Of a stretch of 29,404 nucleotides of DNA, positions 9,115 through 17,253 are shown in pieces (the first letter of the stretch is position 1; each line of letters begins with the position of its first letter). Location of the stretch: IMG/VR virus record IMGVR_UViG_3300012948_000015, positions 1-29,404 of that record; one strand, given 5' to 3'. The DNA comes from a virus. Its lineage: Duplodnaviria; Caudoviricetes. A program made the translations under genes and the position numbers. The notes beneath the pieces are model-generated. The model did not search any database. It was given only the letters and a program-made list of their open reading frames with translations, and was not told the origin of the DNA.

Positions 9115-11019
9115 TTATCCTGAGTCCGAAAGTCTGATTCTGTAGCTGAAAGTACCTGGGGTGGTGGGCGTACCCGACAACACTGCGGTGGTGGAAGAAG
9201 CAACCGCGAGGGTCATACCAGGAATTCCACCCTCCACTATCTCCCAGAAGTAAGGCGGTACTCCTCCCTGCGCCTGTAAGGTAAAGGACTGGAACACCCC
9301 CACTTGTAACGGACCAACCGGACACGCAGTGATAATCTGAGGTGGAGGAATTACCGGTTCTACCGCAGGGCATGGCGGTGGAGTGGTGAACGGGTCGCAG
9401 GAGACCAGTGAATCGATTGTCTCTACCTTCTTCGCACGTTCTCCCTTGGACTCGTACATGAGCGTGTAGTCGGCTATCACCACTGGACCTGAAACGCGCT
9501 CACAGGTGATCTCTATTACCTCGTCCACTGCTGTTACGTCCGCGATACCCTCCTTCAAGCATCGGTTTGCGAACGTCGTGCCGATGTTTACGTCTTGATG
9601 GGACTCTTGTCCGCGCATTGTACCGATAGTCCACCGCACCACCGCAGGACCCCAGTCCTCGTAGTGGAAGTGGATTCTCATCACTTGTTTTTCGTAGGTG
9701 AAACCAGGAACCTCTCCTTGCTGGGTAGGGAAGGGCAGGAGTAGTGCGTTGGAGAACCTCGCAGGAGGGGTAGCAGGCGGTCCTACTACGTCCGGATCTA
9801 TGAAAGGGACATCAAAAAACTGGATGGGGTGTCCCGTCCCGCTAAGCCCGAAGGTCAGGAACTCCGGACAATCCACCATATTCACCACTGGAGTCAAGCT
9901 AAGCGGATTAGGGAAGGTGTCCAGTTGAAAACCTTGTGGCTCGAACTTAAAACCCCAATCTACAAAGGACAGCGGACCATCGTTGGCAGCGCGATCAAAG
10001 CGGACTTCTATGTTCTCGCCGTCTTGTCCGACTTCAAAGATCCGGTGAAAGACGAAGAGGGAAGGAACCAGCGATCCCAAGGTAGTAAAAATACTTTTCA
10101 CCGTGGCGGTCATCCGGTCGCGAAACGACGCAGTCCACGAAGCTTGTCCTAGGTCTTCGAAATGGTACCAGAAATACTTGATGAGTTTGTCTGCTGCAAT
10201 CTGCTCAAAGTTGTGGAGCTTCATTACCGTTGCGGGCTCTTCGGTGTTGAAGTCGACCGCAAAACCAGCGGAGATGTCGTTAGAACGGACGTTCGCAGAA
10301 CCACTCGGCGCCTTGAAGGCGGCCATGAAGAGCTCTGGTTGTACGCCTGGAATGATGACGACTGGGTCTATGAGGTATCCAGTTCCGGACAACAGGATGT
10401 TGAACGGACTGGAGGGGTCGTTCGACGCGACCGCCAGGGCGCCGGAAGTAAACCCTTCCACGATCGGGTTGAACACCACCCCGAACTGGTAGGTAGAACC
10501 CGGGGTTAGGGTCTGAGGCAGGGACGGATTAGTCCCTCCGATCGCAAACCCTGTAGGAAAGGTATAACCCGTAACCGAAGCATTAACACTACCGGTGTTG
10601 TGGACGGTAAACAGCTTTTCTGCGGACGGAACTCCCACCTTTTCATTCCCGAAATCCCAGGAGGTAGGGTCTACGGTAATACGAGGTACGGTACTAGTGA
10701 CCGTCTGCCACGTGACCGGTATATTAACCGGGTTGTTAGTGGCGTCGGAGTCTATAACGACAGTACGGCTGAAGGTACCGAGAGTAGAAGCGGAAATACG
10801 GACTGTAAGGAGGTAAGATCCCCCACCCGTGAGGTCGACTGGAAGGATTAATCCTGGAAATGAGATCCCACTACCACCTGATACAGTGATGTTGTTTATG
10901 AAAACCGCACCGACCGCGCCCAGCAGAAGGGAGAAATCGACCGTACTACCGACCGCTAGCGGTCCGGCGTTGATCGAGGTAGGATTTACGTTAAGGAATC
11001 CTGTGCCCCCGCCCGCCAC
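9115..11019 (-). CDS. Multi-domain tail appendage protein: two ASH (ASPM-SPD-2-Hydin)-type Ig domains, two copies of a beta domain, and an incomplete He_PIG-type Ig domain
   Basis: VNPTSINAG...VIDSDATNNPVNIPV and VDPTSWDFGN...ASNDPSSPFNILLSGTG are ASH-type. TLQAQGGVPPYFW...PGMTL...LSGTPTTPGTF is He_PIG-type. Internal duplication HFEDLG / HYEDWG. Confidence 0.75.
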   Translation of the reverse strand: MAGGGTGFLNVNPTSINAGPLAVGSTVDFSLLLGAVGAVFINNITVSGGSGISFPGLILPVDLTGGGSYLLTVRISASTLGTFSRTVVIDSDATNNPVNIPVTWQTVTSTVPRITVDPTSWDFGNEKVGVPSAEKLFTVHNTGSVNASVTGYTFPTGFAIGGTNPSLPQTLTPGSTYQFGVVFNPIVEGFTSGALAVASNDPSSPFNILLSGTGYLIDPVVIIPGVQPELFMAAFKAPSGSANVRSNDISAGFAVDFNTEEPATVMKLHNFEQIAADKLIKYFWYHFEDLGQASWTASFRDRMTATVKSIFTTLGSLVPSLFVFHRIFEVGQDGENIEVRFDRAANDGPLSFVDWGFKFEPQGFQLDTFPNPLSLTPVVNMVDCPEFLTFGLSGTGHPIQFFDVPFIDPDVVGPPATPPARFSNALLLPFPTQQGEVPGFTYEKQVMRIHFHYEDWGPAVVRWTIGTMRGQESHQDVNIGTTFANRCLKEGIADVTAVDEVIEITCERVSGPVVIADYTLMYESKGERAKKVETIDSLVSCDPFTTPPPCPAVEPVIPPPQIITACPVGPLQVGVFQSFTLQAQGGVPPYFWEIVEGGIPGMTLAVASSTTAVLSGTPTTPGTFSYRIRLSDSG

Positions 11020-11023
11020 GGTG

Positions 11024-12118
11024 TTATCCTACCACCGCAGGGCCCACGAAGGTCGGATACCCCTGGTTAGAACTAAACTGCTGCCAGTTGTTTTCGTTCG
11101 CCTGCCAAACCCACGTGGTGTCTGGGCCAGGAATGACAAGCCAGTAGGAAAGGTATTCTACTCCAGGTCCGAGCTTAGCGACCGGAAAACCCATAACCAC
11201 ATCCCCGGTGTTGTCGCGCAGTTGTTGAAAGATCTTTTTCTTCGCTTTGCCTCCGATAGGTTGTTTTTGGAGTCCCGAATTGATCATGTAGATGTCGTCG
11301 TCTGCGACGAACACTCCGAAGTCGTCGTACACGGCTAGAGAGTAAGGATAACGATTGCCTATACCGAGCGGAGCGTTGGAAAGGATTTCAAAGGAGAACG
11401 GTGCGGTCCCTACCCCAGTGGGTGTCATAACGGTGATACCGGTAGAACGAAATACTAACGTGTTACGACCGGTGGTCATGAGTCCAGTAATGATGTCGGG
11501 AACGTCTAACAGGTCTTCAAATCCGGTGGAAAAGCCTGTCCAGGTGTTGGGATCCCCTTTCTTAGACCACCGCACGCGTTGTCGGAATTCTCGAGATCCG
11601 GTAACTCCTGGTTCCGGTTCGGTAGTGTAACCCAAGATCAGGTGGGAGTCGTTGATGGTCATGTAACGTGAAGCTACTGTTCCGGTGTTAGCATCTTTCA
11701 ACGACGACTCGCCGTTGGTGTAGAGAACTCGCTTAGACCCGTTAGAGAAGTAAATCCTACCGTTGGTGACCGTTGTTCCGTACGGCAGTGCGGTGCCGTT
11801 GAGCGAGCCCACCGGAGAAGTGATCGGAACATAAGTCGGCGGTCGCGAAGTGGGCGGGTTGACGTAGTAGGCGTTTTGAGTCGTCAACATCAAGGTGTGG
11901 AGGTTGTTTTGAACATCCGAAAAGGTCCGCATAAAGCGTACGACCGCTCCGTCCGGTGGAGGTGCGAAGTCGGCCAAGCGCGGTCTGGTCTGAAGACGTC
12001 CTCTGCGACAAATGAAGTTGACAATCTCGTCGAAGGAATTGGACGGGTTGTGAGGACTGGGGACGTTGTCAACATACCCCTCAAACGGACCTTTGATCGG
12101 ATAAGATTGGTAGCTCAC
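11024..12118 (-). CDS. Tail nozzle/stabilization protein (P22 gp10 / T7 gp12-like beta-propeller), 364 aa
   Basis: VNFICRRG, RIYFSNG, RVRWSKKGDPNTW and IGGKAKKKIF match the podovirus nozzle pattern. Directly follows the adaptor gene (GTGA overlap). Confidence 0.75.
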   Translation of the reverse strand: MSYQSYPIKGPFEGYVDNVPSPHNPSNSFDEIVNFICRRGRLQTRPRLADFAPPPDGAVVRFMRTFSDVQNNLHTLMLTTQNAYYVNPPTSRPPTYVPITSPVGSLNGTALPYGTTVTNGRIYFSNGSKRVLYTNGESSLKDANTGTVASRYMTINDSHLILGYTTEPEPGVTGSREFRQRVRWSKKGDPNTWTGFSTGFEDLLDVPDIITGLMTTGRNTLVFRSTGITVMTPTGVGTAPFSFEILSNAPLGIGNRYPYSLAVYDDFGVFVADDDIYMINSGLQKQPIGGKAKKKIFQQLRDNTGDVVMGFPVAKLGPGVEYLSYWLVIPGPDTTWVWQANENNWQQFSSNQGYPTFVGPAVVG

Positions 12119-12804
12119 CTCACACTCCCAAACCTGCGGACACGCGGCCGCATTCCGTAATCTGACAAGACGTTTTCAGAGGAATCCCTTGTCTGCTTTT
12201 CTCTTATCATACCAGGAAAGCCTTTGGACGGGTTGGGGTCTCCATGCAGCTGGGTGTGGACCGCCTGTGCTTTGTCAAACTCCTGCAGACTCTGGTGTGC
12301 GCGTTCGACCGCGTCGTAGACGAGGACTTCAAACCAGTCATCGGGAAGTTCTATAAGGGTGGCTTGAATCGTTGCGTTGGAGGTCTCGTCGATGGTCGGT
12401 TTCTTCCAGTAGTCTTCAATCAATTGATAAGCTTTATCCGGAGAAGCGCGGATGATAAAATTGGCTCCGTATGGCGTCCACACTGCTGGGGTACCACGTC
12501 GTCCTGTCTCGTAGCGTCGTACGATCTCAATATTTTTCTTCTTCAGGCTGAAAGGGGTTGTACCATTAATGATCGTCAGCGCCTTCATCCCTCGGGCATC
12601 GGATGGATAGGGATAGGTGTCCACTCCTGGTGTAGTGAAGGTGGGCGGATCTACGGTCTTCTCCAGGGTTTCGAACGGATAAGACATGGTCAGGTCTCGA
12701 TAGGCATCCTTCAACCACAAGGTGATATCGGAATCGATATCCGTACGACCTCCTAATTTCGTTTGCATTTGAGGAATGAAGCTGCCGAGAGTAGGAAACG
12801 CCAT
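12115..12804 (-). CDS. Head-tail adaptor (tail tubular protein A-like), 229 aa
   Basis: WLKDAYRDL...TTPGVDTYPYPSD...GTPAVW...PDKAY...LPDDWFEVLVY is a typical podovirus adaptor pattern. Position before the nozzle. Confidence 0.75.
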   Translation of the reverse strand: MAFPTLGSFIPQMQTKLGGRTDIDSDITLWLKDAYRDLTMSYPFETLEKTVDPPTFTTPGVDTYPYPSDARGMKALTIINGTTPFSLKKKNIEIVRRYETGRRGTPAVWTPYGANFIIRASPDKAYQLIEDYWKKPTIDETSNATIQATLIELPDDWFEVLVYDAVERAHQSLQEFDKAQAVHTQLHGDPNPSKGFPGMIREKQTRDSSENVLSDYGMRPRVRRFGSVR

Positions 12805-13043
12805 TAGAATTTAATCTCCTCAGGGTTGATCATGATGTCTGGGGTGTCGGGCACGAGCTCTCGTGGGTCGGAGGAAAGCACGGAAGCTATTAACATCGGA
12901 CGGTACTCGATATCCGTGTTGTCAAAACAAAAGAGTGTGCACACCCGCAATCCTTTTTGGGAAACAAGCTCACCCAACGGATAGAGAAATCCGCACCGCT
13001 CACAAAAACTCCAGGGGGTGAATTGTCCGCCGGTGCGCTTCAT
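12804..13043 (-). CDS. Small zinc-finger protein, 79 aa
   Basis: CERC...CTLFC. Start revised to the ATG at 13043 (GGAGG RBS, ATGA overlap). TAATG-coupled to the adaptor. Confidence 0.7.
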   Translation of the reverse strand: MKRTGGQFTPWSFCERCGFLYPLGELVSQKGLRVCTLFCFDNTDIEYRPMLIASVLSSDPRELVPDTPDIMINPEEIKF

Positions 13044-13270
13044 TTGGGAGATACCTCCTCTACCTTTACACATTTCTCCTGCAACGCGACCACCTGGGCC
13101 CGCAATGTGTCGATATACTGCTGCTGCAGTTCTATCTGCGCGTGGGCCTTACCCAGTTGGGCGTAGAGTCCTTCGGAGGTCAGTTGAGGAGGAGGTGGTA
13201 CTACCGAAACAAAAGGCTTTGGACCAGCACTTTCTTGTACAAGCAAGAGAAGCAAAACCAGTCCTTTCAT
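13040..13270 (-). CDS. Small exported or membrane-anchored coiled-coil protein, 76 aa
   Basis: MKGLVLLLLLV N-terminus, PPPP linker, heptad-like LGKAHAQIELQQQYIDTLRAQVVALQEK. ATGA overlaps on both sides. Confidence 0.65.
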   Translation of the reverse strand: MKGLVLLLLLVQESAGPKPFVSVVPPPPQLTSEGLYAQLGKAHAQIELQQQYIDTLRAQVVALQEKCVKVEEVSPK

Positions 13271-15621
13271 CTAATCCTCGCTTGCACCCGTGGTGGTGAC
13301 GCAATTTCGCTCAAAGGTGGTGCCGCAGCATTAACGGTGATCGGATTCGAGGTAGCGGAAGTAATTCCCATCGTCGTTGTCGTCGCACAAAGCGTAACAC
13401 CAACCGCACCTGCCGGTTGAGACAGGACAAGATCCGTCCACGATGCCGTGCCGTTGACGGCGGCTTTGGTTACACCGGAAGCCGCGCTTAAGGTCGCTGT
13501 TGGTGACGCGGGGCAAACGGCAAGAGTGATGGAATCGGTCCTACCGGGAACCGGAGTCGACCCATTGGAATAGGTCACGCTCACATTCGCCGCAAAGGCC
13601 ACATCGGTGGTGACCGTCGCTGGCGGTTGGGTTGTAAACGCGAGCATCGTCGGACCGGCACCAATGGAATCCACCCACCAGTCGTGCGTGGCGATCGGGT
13701 TGTCGAAAAGCACGAAGAGACCAAGCTGAGACGCCGGCGGGGTCTGGCAAAAGTTAATCCACGATGAGAACGTTCCGTTGTCGATAGAAATCCGATACGC
13801 ACCAGAATTGGTGGAGGAGTTGAGTTCCATCCTCATCCAGTAGGTCTGGTTTGCGTTGTAAGTACCTAAATCCGTATCGTTTCCATAACCTGGACAGGCA
13901 TGGATATGACCATCATCCTGTTGTGCGATAACAGCCGCATTGGCGGTATTACCAACGTCTTTCACACTGACCTGCCGAAACCCGGAATTGTTCACGCTGT
14001 TCCGCATCTGCCAAGGAATGATTCCAGTACCCACTTCAGTAAAAGGACGTTGATAGCACGCAAATCCGGAAGTGGAAGAAGATTTGATCGCATTACCTGC
14101 AGTAAACGTTCCAGGCATGGACGCGGCGATCAACATCGGTTGCGCACATCCGCTAACGATTGCCCAAGGACCAGTCCAGTTCACACCACCGTTCATGGTG
14201 TTGAGATCCGAGCCGACCGCGTAGGAGAAGTCATCGACAGGTATCGTGTCGGGCGGCCCGCCTCCTCCGGTTGTGAATTGATACGCCCCGATATCCCAAT
14301 TCGCTGAACACGGACGCGCAACGCCATCTTTGTCGGTGGACGGACTGGCGCAGGTCGACCCCGGTGGAATCGTTCCGGTCAGATTCAACCCATTGGCGAT
14401 GCCTGTAGCGCCCGTCTTCAAATGAAGAAAGCCGGACAGACCCGGGGTTGTCGTCACAAATTCCATTGCCGCCGTTGAGGCGAATGCACATATGGTACTT
14501 GTCGCCGTACACAAGTTTTTACCGTACGTCCCTCCACTTCCTTCGACCTTGATCGCGTATGGCGGACTACCGAAACATGATGATGGAGGCGATCCCCCGG
14601 AACAAAACGTCCCTAATTGTGAGATGTGGTTGTTATCAACCACGCTTCCGTTACCACGATCGTCGATTCCGAACTCCAGTCCCCAGATCGTATTGTTGAC
14701 AATCTGATCGCCGCTGGCTCCATCCTTCACAATAATCGCGACATCAGGGTTGTGCACTCGCGCTACGGTGTAATAAAACACGTTGTTGTACACCTGATGA
14801 TTGTTTGAATAGAGAAACACGTCTGCATAATTGGCGTTCAGGCTGTTGTCGCCGTTATCGTAAAACGTGTTGTTACGAATGATGGCACCACCGGCCCCAG
14901 GTGAAGGACCGTAATAATGGATTCCGTAGGACGCGACTTTGAAGATTGTATTCTTTTCAATCACGATCCCAGCATTATTGCTGTACACGGCATAACCGTT
15001 GTTTGTGGGGTCCGTGTCATGTAGTTTATTCCCGATCACGTGCGTGTTGTCGGCGTACGCATTCACTAGATTGAAATGCGGATTATGCACGTCACAATTC
15101 ACTAAGTTGACATTCGTTGCTCCAGGATTAATTTCAACTGCAGCTTGGATGACATAGGAATTTGTTGCACCGGTCACCGAACCGTCAATCACGATATTTT
15201 GAATCGTGATGAATGACGTGCTAAATGGCGTACCCGCATTCCCCAGTTGAACAATACGAGACGTTGCATCATCGGGTGGGCGCAGAATGACTAGCAACTC
15301 ATCTCCGGGATTGGCCGTAATGATCGTTCGGTTCGTATCCGACGTTCCTCCGTTGAGCGTCCGGCCCTGACTTTGCTGGTAGAGATCGACGATTCGATCA
15401 TCTTGGGTGGTATAGGTACCTGCCTTAATGCGAAGGGTATCGCCTGCCGCCAAGCAGTTGAGCGCCTGAGAAATATGCTGTTTGGGGGTTGTCGATACCG
15501 TTGCTGTCATGCAAGTTACGCCATCATTTCCGGTCGTCGCGACGTAGTAGATCGCGCCAGAGGCTCGCGGTACCGAACGACCACAACTAACGAGAAGTAA
15601 AAACCACAACACTTTTTTCAT
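13267..15621 (-). CDS. Signal-peptide-bearing right-handed beta-helix (pectate-lyase-like) protein with lectin-like and Ig-like C-terminal domains, 784 aa
   Basis: MKKVLWFLLLVSC (lipobox-like). YYVATTGNDG...ISQALNCLAAGDTLRIKAGTY beta-helix cap; repeated I-x-N-N turns; DKDGVARP...DIGAYQF terminator motif; LAFTTQP Ig-like domain. Confidence 0.8.
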   Translation of the reverse strand: MKKVLWFLLLVSCGRSVPRASGAIYYVATTGNDGVTCMTATVSTTPKQHISQALNCLAAGDTLRIKAGTYTTQDDRIVDLYQQSQGRTLNGGTSDTNRTIITANPGDELLVILRPPDDATSRIVQLGNAGTPFSTSFITIQNIVIDGSVTGATNSYVIQAAVEINPGATNVNLVNCDVHNPHFNLVNAYADNTHVIGNKLHDTDPTNNGYAVYSNNAGIVIEKNTIFKVASYGIHYYGPSPGAGGAIIRNNTFYDNGDNSLNANYADVFLYSNNHQVYNNVFYYTVARVHNPDVAIIVKDGASGDQIVNNTIWGLEFGIDDRGNGSVVDNNHISQLGTFCSGGSPPSSCFGSPPYAIKVEGSGGTYGKNLCTATSTICAFASTAAMEFVTTTPGLSGFLHLKTGATGIANGLNLTGTIPPGSTCASPSTDKDGVARPCSANWDIGAYQFTTGGGGPPDTIPVDDFSYAVGSDLNTMNGGVNWTGPWAIVSGCAQPMLIAASMPGTFTAGNAIKSSSTSGFACYQRPFTEVGTGIIPWQMRNSVNNSGFRQVSVKDVGNTANAAVIAQQDDGHIHACPGYGNDTDLGTYNANQTYWMRMELNSSTNSGAYRISIDNGTFSSWINFCQTPPASQLGLFVLFDNPIATHDWWVDSIGAGPTMLAFTTQPPATVTTDVAFAANVSVTYSNGSTPVPGRTDSITLAVCPASPTATLSAASGVTKAAVNGTASWTDLVLSQPAGAVGVTLCATTTTMGITSATSNPITVNAAAPPLSEIASPPRVQARIR

Positions 15622-16367
15622 CGACCAACTCCAAGGGTAAGAAGCGTACCTTTTTTGGGGCCTACAGCCGGTGTGACCGAATCGAACATGGCCATACCGG
15701 TGGCCTTCTCACCGCCCGTTACGGTCCACGTCGGATTTTCCGCCGTACCCGACATTTTGTAAGCGATGGCTGAAGCGAAAAAATTACCAGCGGAATACGC
15801 AACACTTCCACCGGTAGGGATGGTGAAGGACGAATCGATGGATACCGTCGCACTCTCGTTAGCCAGTCCTGTGACGAATAACCGACCGGCCGTACCATTC
15901 GCAATACTGCCTGGAGCAACAGTCGTTCCCGAGTCATTTGCTGCACCGCTTTGCGCACTGAAAGTGATTGTGCCAGTTGCACTGAAAACAGCGACCGCGA
16001 CAGACGGAAAGGGTGATCCAGAAACTAAACTACAACTCCAGGTATGCCCTGTGCCAACCGTCGCATTGATGCTGTAGAGTAAGCGTTGGCGGTCGTTGTT
16101 TGTCGAATTATGGGTCGTCAGCGGTGTGTAGGTATTGCTTTTGCTGTCACTGAGACTGCAGGGGGATGCTCCAGTACCCGTCGCGAAATAATCGGACACC
16201 TCCGCAATCACCAGATTCGTCGCCCCGGCTGAAGATGTGTCAATGCCTGTTGTTGTTACGTTATTACCACCATCCCCGGAACCCGCACTCGTCGCTATAA
16301 CAAATGTGAAGGTCGCGTAACTCGGACGCGGAATGAGAAAGAGGAGAACAAATAGTAATCGTTTCAT
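15618..16367 (-). CDS. Signal-peptide-bearing Ser/Thr/Gly-rich beta-sandwich protein, 249 aa
   Basis: MKRLLFVLLFLIPRPSYA|TFTF is a Sec signal with an SYA cleavage site. SLSDSKSNTYT motif; two Cys; ATGA overlaps. Confidence 0.75.
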   Translation of the reverse strand: MKRLLFVLLFLIPRPSYATFTFVIATSAGSGDGGNNVTTTGIDTSSAGATNLVIAEVSDYFATGTGASPCSLSDSKSNTYTPLTTHNSTNNDRQRLLYSINATVGTGHTWSCSLVSGSPFPSVAVAVFSATGTITFSAQSGAANDSGTTVAPGSIANGTAGRLFVTGLANESATVSIDSSFTIPTGGSVAYSAGNFFASAIAYKMSGTAENPTWTVTGGEKATGMAMFDSVTPAVGPKKGTLLTLGVGR

Positions 16368-16936
16368 TGGCGGATATAGGTTCCGGTGAAAATGACGTGG
16401 TGCGATCCCGCGGCATGGGCGCAGATCCCTCGGTTGACACCGGTGGTTCGGTACACGGTTTGAAGAGCCCCGCCTTTAATGAAACCACCGTTACCACCAC
16501 TGGTGACGCGATAACCTTGGGCCGGGTTGAGATCGCCTTCTAAGAGTGTCGGGGATGTAGCACAACCACTACCTCCACCTTCGGTGATGTTGATGAGTTC
16601 GTCGTTGGACCCGTCGGATTTGTAGACCGTGTTGAGATGGACGTGGATCAGGCAGACATAGGCATTTTGATTCGCAGCAGGAGGTACAAGGGTTACCGCC
16701 GCGGTGGACATGGAGGAGACAGCGAAATTCAGGACGGTGTTGCCATCGCATAGGTCTTTCGACAACTGAGTATCGACAATCGCGACTTTTTGTACCCCGT
16801 CGGCGGCGGTGGCGACCGCCTTACCGGAAATCCCGACAAGGTTTTGATCAAGCGTACCGGTGAGGATCGCATCACGTGGGGAACGCCGAGACGTACACGA
16901 CGCGAGAAGGATAAGAAGCCCAACAAAGACTTTCAT
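16364..16936 (-). CDS. Predicted lipoprotein, 190 aa, paralogous to the C-terminal domain of 17254-19227
   Basis: Start revised to the ATG at 16936 (ATGA overlap, GAGGA RBS). MKVFVGLLILLASC lipobox; four further Cys. Confidence 0.75.
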   Translation of the reverse strand: MKVFVGLLILLASCTSRRSPRDAILTGTLDQNLVGISGKAVATAADGVQKVAIVDTQLSKDLCDGNTVLNFAVSSMSTAAVTLVPPAANQNAYVCLIHVHLNTVYKSDGSNDELINITEGGGSGCATSPTLLEGDLNPAQGYRVTSGGNGGFIKGGALQTVYRTTGVNRGICAHAAGSHHVIFTGTYIRQ

Positions 16937-17241
16937 GCGAGGTCCTCTGCCGTCACGCCGGCAATTCCGTTCCATGCACCTGAAACGGCGGTGTCGAGTG
17001 CAGGGTCCAGACTCGCAGAGGTTAGTTTTCCTGCTTGAATCGCAGCATTGGTAAAGCGTTTGGTATAGCTATCGGGATCGTTCAGAACAGACCGCGCGAG
17101 CGTACTGCGTTTGTCGTCGACGTGATTACGGACCGTCCGCGCTTCGGAACTGATCGCGAGAGCTGCATTCACCATCGCGCATCGAATACGTCCTTGAAAC
17201 GCGCCATCTTGGGAAAGGGTGTCGTCTGCGGTATAGGGCAT
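16933..17241 (-). CDS. Small helical cytoplasmic protein, 102 aa, possible fibre chaperone/connector
   Basis: AAGGAG RBS; all-alpha pattern (FQGRIRCAM...RSTLARSVLNDP...AWNGIAG); the only cassette member without a signal peptide. Function is inferred from context. Confidence 0.6.
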   Translation of the reverse strand: MPYTADDTLSQDGAFQGRIRCAMVNAALAISSEARTVRNHVDDKRSTLARSVLNDPDSYTKRFTNAAIQAGKLTSASLDPALDTAVSGAWNGIAGVTAEDLA

Positions 17242-17253
17242 AGGAAGTACTCC

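Noticed and set aside
9111-9203. Programmed frameshift fusing the 634-aa and LamG genes
   Set aside because: No slippery heptamer was seen, and the downstream gene has its own AGGA RBS and ATG at 9110.
13040-16936. Spanin pair (76-aa coiled coil plus lipoprotein)
   Set aside because: The genes are neither adjacent nor nested, the lipoprotein is a fibre-tip paralogue, and no endolysin is nearby. An i-spanin role for the 76-aa protein alone is not excluded.
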